Shown here in pieces: positions 52,334-62,582 of a stretch of 64,000 nucleotides of DNA. Position 1 is the stretch's first letter. Every line of letters starts with the position of its first letter. The DNA is from a virus (Duplodnaviria > Heunggongvirae > Uroviricota > Caudoviricetes), in IMG/VR virus record IMGVR_UViG_3300029874_000006, positions 10,779 through 74,778 of that record. One strand, given 5' to 3'. Both the position numbers and the translations under genes were made by a program. The notes beneath the pieces are model-generated. The model worked only from the letters and a program-made list of their open reading frames with translations, was not told where the DNA came from and ran no database searches.

Positions 52334-53023
52334 TTAAAGCAAGCTATCGAGATCCAAATCATCCTTAGGAGCTTCATCTACTCCTGCTGTATCTGCGACA
52401 GCTTTATCTGGGTCAGTAGGAGTTGACTTCAAATACTCATCACGCTTACCTACCTCATAATCAGACCAGAAAAGCTTTGGACCAATATAATTGTCACAAA
52501 TAAATGCTTCTCCCTTCTTATTCAAAGCCAAGATACGTGGAATCTGAGCAACTACCTTACCGTCACGATTCTTACCTGTCAATTTAATTTTAATATCTGT
52601 ATCAATAGCGGGTGTAGTTACTTTAATAAAAGTCTTTGCAACATCATCAAAGCTCTTAAATTTAACACTCAGCTTTTGCATCTGTTCAAAACCTTTAGGG
52701 TTAAGAACCTGTGCAGTCTGTTTTACTATTGCCATAGTGGTCTCAAATGAGGAAGCCATCTGAACTTTACCACCATTAGCACCATCAAATTCTGGTCGTA
52801 CGTCATCACCATCTTTAGGGAAGAACAAATCTACATTAAAGTAGCCATCCTCATTCTCATATTTAATAGAGAGCAACTTATAATGAGCATTAGGGTCTTT
52901 CTTACCGTTAAACTCACGAATTTCAGCTCCTTTAAACTTTACATCATGGATTTCCCATGGTGTGAGTGGACGACGACTGTTACAAACTGCAGAATCAGAT
53001 GAAATAGCAAAATTAAATGACAT
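52334..53023 (-). CDS. Putative ssDNA-binding protein with acidic C-terminal tail
   Basis: C-terminus ...EAPKDDLDLDSLL, typical of SSB tails; placed in the replication module. Confidence 0.45.
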   Translation of the reverse strand: MSFNFAISSDSAVCNSRRPLTPWEIHDVKFKGAEIREFNGKKDPNAHYKLLSIKYENEDGYFNVDLFFPKDGDDVRPEFDGANGGKVQMASSFETTMAIVKQTAQVLNPKGFEQMQKLSVKFKSFDDVAKTFIKVTTPAIDTDIKIKLTGKNRDGKVVAQIPRILALNKKGEAFICDNYIGPKLFWSDYEVGKRDEYLKSTPTDPDKAVADTAGVDEAPKDDLDLDSLL

Positions 53024-53104
53024 ATATTATATAATTTTCAAAATTTAAGTAATCATAATCTAATAAATTAATTGTTATCTAATATATTTAATTAACTCTA
53101 TTTA

Positions 53105-53665
53105 TTAGAGAGTATAACTCAGACCAGATAGGTCTGTAGATTCCTCTTCTATAGTATCCAAGTTAGTTATATCAAGCTCGTCCTCAATATTAACTAACTC
53201 TTTTGGAACCTCTTGTTCTTCAGGCATTTTGTCTCCTACAAGCCAATAAATACCCTCATCTTCAGTTGGTTCCATTTTAAAGGTAGTACCATATCCTGCT
53301 AACTTCTTATTATTAGCACCTCCATATCGTACAGTATTCTTACCTGAAAGTAAATTACCTCCCTTAGATTTAAAAGCAGCATCTGTTCCAATCTTTGGAA
53401 GCAACTGCTTGCCTTTCTTGTCATACTTGATATCTATACGACAGTCTTCACAGACTTGTAATAAATCAACTGCTCCTTGGGTAAGCGTTAATTTAGTAGA
53501 ATCAAGTGTTACAATAGGCTCAGGGTTTTCGTCTTTCTTAGTAGAACTCTTTCTAGAGGTAGAAGTTTTCTTAGCAGTGTCTACCTTAATCTCATCTTTA
53601 CCAATAAAAGTGATTTCTCCTGTTGCTTCATCAACAGAATAGTGCATTACAATGTCCAGCTTCAT
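53105..53665 (-). CDS. Hypothetical protein (186 aa), acidic C-terminus
   Basis: ORF. Confidence 0.4.
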   Translation of the reverse strand: MKLDIVMHYSVDEATGEITFIGKDEIKVDTAKKTSTSRKSSTKKDENPEPIVTLDSTKLTLTQGAVDLLQVCEDCRIDIKYDKKGKQLLPKIGTDAAFKSKGGNLLSGKNTVRYGGANNKKLAGYGTTFKMEPTEDEGIYWLVGDKMPEEQEVPKELVNIEDELDITNLDTIEEESTDLSGLSYTL

Positions 53666-53702
53666 ATATTCAATAATTAGTTAATTAGTTAGTTAAATAG
53701 TC

Positions 53703-54398
53703 TTAATCTTCGTTTTCAAATGCATTGATAGTATCTATAACTAGTTTCATATCAGGCTCAATATATTTTTCATCAAAACAGCCTGCTACACTTCTACAAG
53801 TATCATTACCATCTGTTCTAGTCTTAAAACGATAATGTACTTCCCCATCTACATCATCCACAATTCTTTCTGAATAAATAATGTATGAAAACATTCCATC
53901 CAAATTAATCTGATTGGTTAACATCTTACCTGTTGTCCAAAGACGATATTGTGGGTCCAAATCAGTTCCAAAATTTTCAGTATGTGAAATAACTACAATA
54001 GTTAAATCATCACGAAGAAGTTGACACCCTGCTAGCAAATCATAATAATTCTTTGCCATCAATGTAAACTTCTCATATCCTTTGGTAGTAGCATTCTCAA
54101 AGGTTTCATTAGATAACAGATAATTAATATCATCAAGAACTACTACCTTTATATCTGGTCGAGAATCAGAAATCATATGCAATACATTCTCAATTTTAGT
54201 ATAATTATTCTGAATATACCAATTGCCAATGAGCTTTTTATCTCTAATGGCTACTTTAGGATACTTCTTACGAAATCCTGGAATTTGAAGCTGCTTATTA
54301 GTACAACTTATAATGAATGTAGACTCTGGGTCAAGGGTACGAAGACTAGTTGATTTTCCACTATTTGATAAACCTGCCAAGCAAATAAGATTACTCAT
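53703..54398 (-). CDS. P-loop NTPase (RecA/Sak4-like or helicase-loader-like)
   Basis: Walker A GLSNSGKST; Walker B VVVLDD. Confidence 0.55.
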   Translation of the reverse strand: MSNLICLAGLSNSGKSTSLRTLDPESTFIISCTNKQLQIPGFRKKYPKVAIRDKKLIGNWYIQNNYTKIENVLHMISDSRPDIKVVVLDDINYLLSNETFENATTKGYEKFTLMAKNYYDLLAGCQLLRDDLTIVVISHTENFGTDLDPQYRLWTTGKMLTNQINLDGMFSYIIYSERIVDDVDGEVHYRFKTRTDGNDTCRSVAGCFDEKYIEPDMKLVIDTINAFENED

Positions 54399-55534
54399 AA
54401 TATAAATGAATATTTAGAATTTTGATTATCGTCATCTATTTCTTCTTCATCTATATGATTAAGTTCAACATTTAATTGCTGAACACCATCTTCTAATAAA
54501 TAATTAGGACTAGTATATTTCTCCCAGTCAAATATATTCTCAGGTTTAGGTAAATCTGCATAATGACTACAATCACCATAAAAACCAGTAGGAATCATTA
54601 AGTCAGAAGAACCAAATCTACTCTTTAAGATAAATACACCAATAAAACACTGCTCCAGTATCTTGATATTATATTTCTTATAAGTAGATAATTTATATTT
54701 ATGTGGACTAAATAAACCTATAGCTACTTGTGAATCCTCAAGTAATGATCCACTGTCTTTATAGTCTTCCATAGATGGGTCTTGTAGACCTTGTTTCATT
54801 CTCTCTTGACCATTAGCATTTCTATTAAACTGAGAAATCATTATAGGAGATACAATTTTAGTATTATTTCTGATTTGAACAGAATCTCTAGAAATTGCAT
54901 CAATTTCATCTTTCTTAGTTCGACCGCCACTTGCCTTTACCAAGGTCATATGGTCAATCATAATACCAAGGAACATGTTAGGATTATTTGGAATGTATTT
55001 GCCATTCTCAAATTTACCCCATTTCAATAATTCCTCATTTACTTCCTTTAAATAGACTGCCTCTGTAAGACTACCCTCATAAAAAGATAATCTTTCATCA
55101 AGAATTCTAATAAAGTCAGTACTCTTAGTTAGGAGTTCATATTCTTCATCAGATAATACACAGTCCTTTCCTCTAGAGAATATCTGCTTAAATCGCAGTT
55201 CAACTCCATAATTGTCAAATATGTACATACTAACTAATTTAGCATATACTTGACTACGAGTCATCTCTAGTGAGAATAATAACCATCTAGGGTCTCTTTC
55301 TGGATTATCCCCATTTAAATAATGCATTAATGGTTGATATACATAAGTCCAGAGCGCCCAGGTAGATTTACCACTGCCTGAAGCACCTCCTATTAAATAA
55401 GAGGTACCTGGAAGAACTCCATCAGTATATAAATCTAACTTAGGTGAACCTGTACTAAGTCCTATATTGTGTCCTTCTCTTCCTTCTTTAACTAATTGAA
55501 AGAACTCCTCTAAACCACTAATTTTCTCTGCCAT
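54395..55534 (-). CDS. DnaB-family replicative DNA helicase
   Basis: GSPKLD...LIGGASGSGKSTWAL (H1), IMIDHMTL, FILKSRFGS; RecA-like C-terminal domain. Confidence 0.7.
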   Translation of the reverse strand: MAEKISGLEEFFQLVKEGREGHNIGLSTGSPKLDLYTDGVLPGTSYLIGGASGSGKSTWALWTYVYQPLMHYLNGDNPERDPRWLLFSLEMTRSQVYAKLVSMYIFDNYGVELRFKQIFSRGKDCVLSDEEYELLTKSTDFIRILDERLSFYEGSLTEAVYLKEVNEELLKWGKFENGKYIPNNPNMFLGIMIDHMTLVKASGGRTKKDEIDAISRDSVQIRNNTKIVSPIMISQFNRNANGQERMKQGLQDPSMEDYKDSGSLLEDSQVAIGLFSPHKYKLSTYKKYNIKILEQCFIGVFILKSRFGSSDLMIPTGFYGDCSHYADLPKPENIFDWEKYTSPNYLLEDGVQQLNVELNHIDEEEIDDDNQNSKYSFIL

Positions 55535-55543
55535 AATATTTAA

Positions 55544-56149
55544 TTATACAACCTTAATGGCATCAAAATTAGTATTAGCTAAATCTCCATTACGAAGAGC
55601 TTCTAATTCATCCCATCTATGATCTATTACAAAGTTACACAGACTTACACAGAGAATATTATTCTCTCGAGCCCATTTAACTAATTCAATAATATGGTCA
55701 TGAGTTTCCTGTTTCCACCTAATAGTCTTTCCATAGAAGCGATAAAAGTCTTCTAGACTATCAAACTTCTTAGAAACACTACGTATACCAACTGGATTCC
55801 CATTGATAAAACCGAATTGAGGATATTCTTCAAATAATTCTTTACCTAATTCAAAAGAACACTTATAAAAGTCTTTTACAAGATTTCTATTAATAGGAAT
55901 ACTAAATAAATCTAATCGTTCACCTTTCTTAGGCAACTTATAAGACTTTAATATTACTCCTACTTCTTGTAATCTAATTAATTGTTCCAATAGGCTTCCC
56001 TTTGCCTCTGATTGAAAATAAAGCTGGACAAGTTCTGCATCGTCACCCTCTTGAGCGATGAGAATAATTTCTAGCAACAATAATTGATTTGCATCAATTT
56101 TATATTTTTCACAAAATACAAGTTGCTGTTTAAGTTCTAAATTCTTCAC
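55544..56149 (-). CDS. Hypothetical protein (201 aa)
   Basis: ORF. Confidence 0.4.
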   Translation of the reverse strand: MKNLELKQQLVFCEKYKIDANQLLLLEIILIAQEGDDAELVQLYFQSEAKGSLLEQLIRLQEVGVILKSYKLPKKGERLDLFSIPINRNLVKDFYKCSFELGKELFEEYPQFGFINGNPVGIRSVSKKFDSLEDFYRFYGKTIRWKQETHDHIIELVKWARENNILCVSLCNFVIDHRWDELEALRNGDLANTNFDAIKVV

Positions 56150-56434
56150 GTATAATTAACATATTTAGATAGTTAACACTAGACTTGTAATACTTGTTAT
56201 AGCTTTAGAGTCTAGTTACGTGAATATTATAGACTTATCTATTCAGCGGTTTCTTCAGCCACTGGATTCATTTCGAAGTCAGGTTCAAAAACAACCTCAT
56301 GTGCATATTCCAAATCCTCTATTTTCTTTTGCAATTTTGAAATTTGCTTCTTCAAGGACTTATTTTCACGTAAAAGAGCACTCTTCATTGAATTATACTC
56401 TTTCTTTGTATAATATATTTCCATTTCTAATGTC

Positions 56435-57718
56435 TTAAAACCTAAATGTAAAATTCTTAATCTTTCTTTTATAAAGCTCGTATGGTTCGCCTTTAAGAAC
56501 ATGCATTAAATTTTCTACATCAATAATTTCAATCTGAGAATCCTTCTTGGCATTTTGCATCCATTTAGTTTCTACAGTATCATTAATTACTAATGTAAAA
56601 AATTCAGCACCTAGTTTACCCTTTGCTAATCGTACTACTCTTCCGAGAGACTGTACAGCTTTAGTTTTACTACTATCTATGCCAGTTTGTATACCTACTG
56701 ATAAATCAGGTACATTTAAGCCTTCAATTGCCATCTTACAGCTGTTTAATACTCCGCTTGGCATTTTAGAAAACTCTTCTAGTGTTATTCTATTCTTCTT
56801 TTTACCTTCTTTACCAGTATAAACATATCCCTCTTTATAAGCTTCAGCCATAGCGGTATTAGCATTAAAAGTAACAATCTTCTTATCACTTCTATACTTA
56901 ATTATCTCTTTAGCTATTCTTATTTTTTCAGGATGATTTTGTACAAACTTCTTTCTAGACTGCATAGTTTTCATAAAACCCATAGCATGAAATGTGACAG
57001 ATTTTAAATAGTCCTTTTGCATAGCATAATCATCAGGATAGGTATCCTTACAATATTGCCATCTATTAGTAAAACCATTTTTACCTGTCATAGACATAAC
57101 CTTGTTGAAGTCCCATTGAAAGAATTCAAAGTGTTCATTAAATTCTTTATTATATTTCTGATAAACATCAATATCAGGAACATCAATGACAACTACATAG
57201 TCTTTATATTTAGCTACCCATCCATTAAAGAGGGCATCTTCCATAGTTATAGTGTCTACAACTGGAGCATATTTAGCTAAAATTTCATGTCTTCCATCCA
57301 GTCTTTCAAAAGTAGCAGTTAAACCAAGTATCAATTTAAACTTAGTATTTGTAAGAACATTACTAAGAACTTCACTATTGATTTTATGGGCTTCATCAAT
57401 AATTAGTAAATCACAAGACCATTCCTTTTTAGATGCTCCCATCATTACTCTTACATCAGTATTAAATCCTAAACCTCTCTCATCAAGTTCTTTAGACCAT
57501 TGTTCTCTTAAATTATCAAAAGGTACTACTACTAGTATTGACATTGCAGGATATTTTGATCGTAATTTAGTTATTGCATTTAAAGCCACTCTAGTCTTAC
57601 CAAATCCAGTACATCCTACAATAGTCCCGTGTCCTTTAGCTTTAATCCAAGCTTTAAGTGCTTGAGCCTGCCTTTCATCTCGAGAAACAGGCTCAAATAA
57701 ATCGTGCATTACTGGCAC
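56435..57718 (-). CDS. SF2 DEAH-box helicase
   Basis: Motif I CTGFGKT; II IIDEAH; III GLTATFER; VI QSLGRVVR. Confidence 0.8.
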   Translation of the reverse strand: MPVMHDLFEPVSRDERQAQALKAWIKAKGHGTIVGCTGFGKTRVALNAITKLRSKYPAMSILVVVPFDNLREQWSKELDERGLGFNTDVRVMMGASKKEWSCDLLIIDEAHKINSEVLSNVLTNTKFKLILGLTATFERLDGRHEILAKYAPVVDTITMEDALFNGWVAKYKDYVVVIDVPDIDVYQKYNKEFNEHFEFFQWDFNKVMSMTGKNGFTNRWQYCKDTYPDDYAMQKDYLKSVTFHAMGFMKTMQSRKKFVQNHPEKIRIAKEIIKYRSDKKIVTFNANTAMAEAYKEGYVYTGKEGKKKNRITLEEFSKMPSGVLNSCKMAIEGLNVPDLSVGIQTGIDSSKTKAVQSLGRVVRLAKGKLGAEFFTLVINDTVETKWMQNAKKDSQIEIIDVENLMHVLKGEPYELYKRKIKNFTFRF

Positions 57719-57751
57719 TTATGACAATATTTTCACTAGTATGCTAACTTA

Positions 57752-58621
57752 TTACAAGTCAGCACGTGTTACATCCCAACCTTTATCTACAGCAACTTTA
57801 TTAATTTCATCAATCTTAGTAAGCCATTGTTTAGCCTGCTCTTCACACTGAATCTGAAAACGATACAGAATTTTATTAGAAAGTAACTTAAGCTGCTCAC
57901 TAGTTAAGTTAGAATATTTATCTCTCTGCAGCATATAGATTGCCTTAAACTCAGTATAAGACAAACCAGTGTCACAAATACGTAAATACTGATTAGGTCT
58001 CAAACTAATCCTAAGTTCTTCCTTAACTACATCAAGACGATTTCTAGCCTTACCAGTCTCAGGGTCTTTACGATACAAATCCTTTTGCATCTCACGTGGA
58101 GTAAACCACAGACCCATTTTAAGAATAAAGTTAAGTGTGATATGGCTATTATCAAAAATTCCCAAAAGGTCAAGACAAGCATCCATTACCAATTTAACAG
58201 GTACCTGCTGATAATCGATAGGAAGACCATCCATTACCTTACTAATAGGGAATGATTTAATAGCCTCTGGGGTTAGTGTATCTTTATTGTTACTAATTAA
58301 CTTTCGTAAATCTTCTAAACATCTTGTGTTAGAATACTGCTTCTCAGACATGAGCCATCTTACAAGAAGTTCTGCTCTACAACGACTAATTTGATCCTGT
58401 ACAATCTCAAGTAAGGTAACTCTTCCTGGATTTTTAGAATCCTCATTATAAAGCATTTGCTGACAATGACGATACCACTGCTTAAGCTGATCAAAGGAAG
58501 CATCAATCATTAAGATTTCTTGCTGCTCTCCATTAACCTTTGGACCTTTCCATGCATAAGTAGTAATATCACTTGCCTTTTTACTCATAGCTGCCTGAAG
58601 CTTATCTCCTAATACTGTCAT
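57752..58621 (-). CDS. Hypothetical protein (289 aa)
   Basis: ORF. Confidence 0.4.
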   Translation of the reverse strand: MTVLGDKLQAAMSKKASDITTYAWKGPKVNGEQQEILMIDASFDQLKQWYRHCQQMLYNEDSKNPGRVTLLEIVQDQISRCRAELLVRWLMSEKQYSNTRCLEDLRKLISNNKDTLTPEAIKSFPISKVMDGLPIDYQQVPVKLVMDACLDLLGIFDNSHITLNFILKMGLWFTPREMQKDLYRKDPETGKARNRLDVVKEELRISLRPNQYLRICDTGLSYTEFKAIYMLQRDKYSNLTSEQLKLLSNKILYRFQIQCEEQAKQWLTKIDEINKVAVDKGWDVTRADL

Positions 58622-58681
58622 ATAATTAAATTCAAATAATGTTTCATAGTAATCTAATAATTAATAATCTACAATATAAAT

Positions 58682-58999
58682 TTAATCTAAAATAATTTCA
58701 CTTATATCAACTTTAGGGTTATCCTCAATAAACTTGAGGAATATGACATTAGTATATTTATAAGGTATTAGGTTCTGACCATCAAACCATGTATCTTTTC
58801 CTCCTTCTACATATCTTATATTTAAATATCCAATTTCATCAATTTCGATACTTTTCTGCTCCCAATTAGGAAATCGGACACACATTATATATCTAAAATC
58901 TTCATCCTTAGGATTTAAATCTTCAAATACATAATTAGTATATCCCATTCCATCTATTTGTTCCGCAACTAGCTTAGCATGAATTGTTATTTGCTCCAT
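58682..58999 (-). CDS. Hypothetical protein (105 aa)
   Basis: ORF. Confidence 0.35.
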   Translation of the reverse strand: MEQITIHAKLVAEQIDGMGYTNYVFEDLNPKDEDFRYIMCVRFPNWEQKSIEIDEIGYLNIRYVEGGKDTWFDGQNLIPYKYTNVIFLKFIEDNPKVDISEIILD

Positions 59000-59172
59000 T
59001 AATGAAACACATTCATATCATCAAAGTGCTTACATCCATATTTAGCAAAATCACTATATAACTTATCCATATTAGCTATACATGGATATTTTAAACATCT
59101 TTTACAACTTCTTTCCGGATGTTTATAGGTTAATCCATTTGGATCTTTATAGTTTACTTTACCAATAGGCAT
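58999..59172 (-). CDS. Small Cys-rich ORF (57 aa), below the ORF-track cutoff
   Basis: MPIGKVNYKDPNGLTYKHPERSCKRCLKYPCIANMDKLYSDFAKYGCKHFDDMNVFH fills an otherwise empty 154-bp gap. Confidence 0.25.
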   Translation of the reverse strand: MPIGKVNYKDPNGLTYKHPERSCKRCLKYPCIANMDKLYSDFAKYGCKHFDDMNVFH

Positions 59173-59522
59173 GCAAGAATGATATTTAATATTATACTAA
59201 TCTTAGTTACAACTTTATATTTTTTGCGTGAACTTTGTAATTGTGTTATTTTAATACTATCCTTTTTAATAATAGTATTATATTGCTTTTCATTAATTCT
59301 TCTTATAGAATCAGTATGTAACCAAGATTTATTTATCTTTTCTAGTGTTTCAATCTTCTTATTTAATAATGGAACTTCTTTTGTATATTTCTCATGCTCT
59401 AGAAATATAAGATTAGTTGTTTTCAGTTGTTCCGGAGTTATTGTAATGGTTGATGTAGTTTGTGAAAAACTGTATGTCGGCAGAAGTATCATTAGACATA
59501 ATAATAGCTTTCTTATCTTCAT
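59154..59522 (-). CDS. Secreted/lipoprotein-like protein with C-terminal TM (spanin-like topology)
   Basis: N-terminal signal MKIRKLLLCLMILLPTYSFS; central coiled-coil; C-terminal hydrophobic ISIILNIILACLLV. Starts inside the upstream gene in another frame. Confidence 0.35.
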   Translation of the reverse strand: MKIRKLLLCLMILLPTYSFSQTTSTITITPEQLKTTNLIFLEHEKYTKEVPLLNKKIETLEKINKSWLHTDSIRRINEKQYNTIIKKDSIKITQLQSSRKKYKVVTKISIILNIILACLLVK

Positions 59523-59730
59523 ACGTCTCTCTTATTTTTACTATTTTAATTGTTAAGGAATCCTTAGTGTGATTTAGAGTATCCCTAACTAAAGAATCTC
59601 TAATTATTTCTTTATTAGAAGGGATACTCTGTATATTATTATTTAATTGTTCTATACGTGCAATTATAAATATGATTCCTACAATTATAAATAGTTTAAT
59701 CAACCAGGCTAGAACCGTTCTCAACTGCAT
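59413..59730 (-). CDS. Type-II membrane protein (i-spanin-like)
   Basis: N-terminal TM LAWLIKLFIIVGIIFIIA; overlaps 59154..59522 by 110 nt. Confidence 0.35.
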   Translation of the reverse strand: MQLRTVLAWLIKLFIIVGIIFIIARIEQLNNNIQSIPSNKEIIRDSLVRDTLNHTKDSLTIKIVKIRETYEDKKAIIMSNDTSADIQFFTNYINHYNNSGTTENN

Positions 59731-60250
59731 CTACTAGAGTCTTTGTTTTATCAATAACTCCCTGCACATCCACCCCTCTAGACATTAAAGTTAATACTGC
59801 TTGTTCTGCAGGAGAAGCATTCTGAATGTACTCTTTCTCTTTCTGAATCTGCTCATATTTAGCCTTGTTAGCATTATAATCCTTAATGACTATCTCAGGA
59901 TTCTTAATAAAGTGATTAATTTTCTCTGTCAGGAGTGCATCAATACACTCTTTAGTAATTACGCCGCCTTTACCAACAAACCAACAAGGATCTCCTGCAA
60001 GAGCCTTCTTATAAGCTTGTTCTTTACCAAAAGTAAGATTAAACTCATCTTCCGGATTATATACTGCAATGCCGATAGATATGGCTCGTACAATCTCGAA
60101 AGAATCCTCAACACCTGGAATATTCCAAGTTGCAGTAAGACCCTCCTTTACTGGCATACTTACAGCACAAGCAACTATCAATCTTTCAACACCCTTAAAA
60201 TCAACAAACTGACCAAGCTTATAACTAGCAATTTCCTTCTTCATTTTCAT
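59696..60250 (-). CDS. Hypothetical protein (184 aa)
   Basis: ORF. Confidence 0.4.
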   Translation of the reverse strand: MKMKKEIASYKLGQFVDFKGVERLIVACAVSMPVKEGLTATWNIPGVEDSFEIVRAISIGIAVYNPEDEFNLTFGKEQAYKKALAGDPCWFVGKGGVITKECIDALLTEKINHFIKNPEIVIKDYNANKAKYEQIQKEKEYIQNASPAEQAVLTLMSRGVDVQGVIDKTKTLVDAVENGSSLVD

Positions 60251-60525
60251 TTACTATTAATTAGTGTATAACCCTCTTTAATTAAGTAAGATTCTGGAGC
60301 AAATTCCAGAGTTAAAAATCTAATAAAATACTCATCTGCTTTTTTCTTTCTATTTATAAAGTCTTTCCTTTTAAGTTTCAAAGGTTTATTAGTACTATAT
60401 TGTTTTTCCTCAAATAAAGAAACTCCACCTTTAAATACTTTATAGATAGAATCTTCATAAATAAAGGAACTATGTGTTTGAACTATTTGACCGTCCTTCT
60501 CGTAAATCGCTACTGAAGTTGTCAT
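60247..60525 (-). CDS. Hypothetical protein (92 aa)
   Basis: ORF. Confidence 0.35.
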   Translation of the reverse strand: MTTSVAIYEKDGQIVQTHSSFIYEDSIYKVFKGGVSLFEEKQYSTNKPLKLKRKDFINRKKKADEYFIRFLTLEFAPESYLIKEGYTLINSK

Positions 60526-60979
60526 ATATTAAATTAATTATATACTTAATAAACTTATTTTTAGCAATTTCGTAAAAAGAGTTCCAAACATTATTGGTAT
60601 AGAAGTTGTATATATCTTGTGAAGTAATATTATTATAATGAAAATATTCTTCCTCACTATATGTACCTACATTTATCCTATACGTATCTTTAATAGGTTT
60701 AGCCTCCAGACATATATGATATACTGAATCATCTAAATCTTCAAAATCATCAGGATAACCATCATCTTCATAACGAGGTTCTGAAACTAATACTTCAAAT
60801 GGAATATCTTCTCTTTCAAGTATTTCTGCTATTACATAGGCTACATAACAACAACCACCATAGTTTGTATGATATATTGTATTTAAACAATCACACAAAC
60901 TATTTATTTTATTAAATAGGTCCGAATAATTATCTTCCGACTTCTTTATAGATCTCCTCTTGAATTTGCTTGAAAACAT
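60470..60979 (-). CDS. Hypothetical protein (169 aa)
   Basis: ORF. Confidence 0.4.
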   Translation of the reverse strand: MFSSKFKRRSIKKSEDNYSDLFNKINSLCDCLNTIYHTNYGGCCYVAYVIAEILEREDIPFEVLVSEPRYEDDGYPDDFEDLDDSVYHICLEAKPIKDTYRINVGTYSEEEYFHYNNITSQDIYNFYTNNVWNSFYEIAKNKFIKYIINLIYDNFSSDLREGRSNSSNT

Positions 60980-61205
60980 TTAAATATTCTTTCAAGGTCG
61001 TAATCTCATCTTTTCCATATTTGCTATTAATAGCATATCTAATTATTCTACCAATAGCAGAATCTAAAGGCATACCATAGCCCTCTAATTGAAATTCTTC
61101 TCTAGGATTAGTTTTACTATTCACTTTTCTAAGCAAATATAAATCCCATAGTGGAGAAGTATCATTTATTGGTTCAATTCGATAAAAATTACCTTGAATT
61201 ATCAT
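60930..61205 (-). CDS. Hypothetical protein (91 aa)
   Basis: ORF. Confidence 0.35.
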   Translation of the reverse strand: MIIQGNFYRIEPINDTSPLWDLYLLRKVNSKTNPREEFQLEGYGMPLDSAIGRIIRYAINSKYGKDEITTLKEYLNVFKQIQEEIYKEVGR

Positions 61206-61460
61206 TTAAATATCGCGATTAAGCATTTTAAAGAATTTAGAAACTGGATTAGAACCTGCAAGGCTCAGCCCATCATGACACCAAATAGTTAATAATACGC
61301 CAAATACTATTACTTCTATGATGTTAAGTACAGGAACAAATAGCAGTAATAATGCTATTATAAATGCATAAAGAGGTATGCCTATCTTAGGCTTTAAATC
61401 TATGACAAGCATAAATTCAATAGCTGCCACAACTAAACAGAATATAAATAAACCAAACAT
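61206..61460 (-). CDS. Small multi-TM membrane protein (holin-like)
   Basis: 84 aa, 2-3 hydrophobic helices. Confidence 0.4.
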   Translation of the reverse strand: MFGLFIFCLVVAAIEFMLVIDLKPKIGIPLYAFIIALLLLFVPVLNIIEVIVFGVLLTIWCHDGLSLAGSNPVSKFFKMLNRDI

Positions 61461-61466
61461 AACAAA

Positions 61467-62246
61467 TTATTTATCAAGTCCTACTAATGTTGATGAGTTA
61501 CCGGTAACCTTAGGAAGATGTCCAGACCATTTTTCAATCCACTGCTTCTTAAGAAGTAATGGTGTAAGAGAAGCATTTACAATGGCATTAGCTTTGGCTT
61601 CTGCCTCAGCTACTACAATCTTCTTTTTTGCTTCTGCTTCAGCTACCTGTACTTCATTAGCTGCTTTCTGTGCTAACTGAATAGCTCTGTTCTTAGCATC
61701 TACAGCTTCTACAATAGTCTTAGGATATTGCAAACCACTAGTAAACTGGTCAAGTACAAATCCTTCCTTGTCAAGAAGTTTAGAAAGACGCTTCTCAATT
61801 GCCTGTTCTACAGCTTCACGATTTGACACAATCTGGTCTGTAGTAAATTTATTAATCTCAATACGACAGGCATCCTTTACATACTTAAATACAGGACCAT
61901 TAATCACATCAGTTAATTCTTTGCGATATTTACGAAATACCTTTGGAGCAGCACCATCCTTAACTTTAAGATTGACATTTGGATCAACTTTAAATTCAGA
62001 ACCGTCCTTAGCATTAATTGTAAATGGCTCATAGTCAATAGTCTGTACATAAGTAGGATACTCATATACTTCCTGAGTAGCTGGATTATAGAATACTCGT
62101 CCAGTTACCATAGATACATCATCTACACCTCTTTCAGAGCCATAGAGATTAACTAAGATACCTTCACAACCAGCATCGATACGTTCACAACTAGTAAAGC
62201 TTAATGATAACATTAAAGCACTCGCAAATAAAAAGACTTTTCTCAT
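61467..62246 (-). CDS. SPFH/band-7 domain lipoprotein
   Basis: Signal plus lipobox LSFTSC; AEAEAKKKIVVAEAEAKANAIVN, typical of prohibitin/HflKC-type domains. Confidence 0.6.
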   Translation of the reverse strand: MRKVFLFASALMLSLSFTSCERIDAGCEGILVNLYGSERGVDDVSMVTGRVFYNPATQEVYEYPTYVQTIDYEPFTINAKDGSEFKVDPNVNLKVKDGAAPKVFRKYRKELTDVINGPVFKYVKDACRIEINKFTTDQIVSNREAVEQAIEKRLSKLLDKEGFVLDQFTSGLQYPKTIVEAVDAKNRAIQLAQKAANEVQVAEAEAKKKIVVAEAEAKANAIVNASLTPLLLKKQWIEKWSGHLPKVTGNSSTLVGLDK

Positions 62247-62500
62247 TTAAATAAACTTTTTAATTTATCAACACTTTCAACAACTAAGGTAACTACTAAC
62301 ACCGCCATAGTTGCTAATATTAACATACCCATAATGCAACAAAATGTACTCTCACTGCTAATTAAGTAAGTACACATACTTATTAAATACATCATAGCTA
62401 TAAAACCAATGACATATTTAATAACTTTAAAAACCAATTTATACTTTCTCAAGAATTTTGGGGTTTCCATAAAATATAATGTTTTCTTTCGGTAAACCAA
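62243..62500 (-). CDS. Small membrane protein (NfeD-like partner?)
   Basis: 85 aa, two TM helices; 4-nt overlap with the SPFH gene. Confidence 0.4.
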   Translation of the reverse strand: MVYRKKTLYFMETPKFLRKYKLVFKVIKYVIGFIAMMYLISMCTYLISSESTFCCIMGMLILATMAVLVVTLVVESVDKLKSLFK

Positions 62501-62582
62501 TTATACCAAATAATTATCTTATCTTGTTGTATGTCTATATAAGGATTTAATAATATAAGACATACTAAAACAATAATTAAGA

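Noticed and set aside
23173-62034. + strand ORFs within the minus-strand block (23173, 23309, 26092, 27103, 28385, 31549, 33703, 33972, 35551, 40737, 41259, 43552, 43906, 45861, 51939, 53409, 54791, 56220, 56547, 57017, 57252, 59179, 59801, 61378, 61768)
   Set aside because: All lie antisense to well-supported minus-strand genes and have Leu/Ile/Phe/Ser-rich low-complexity translations typical of AT-rich shadow frames.
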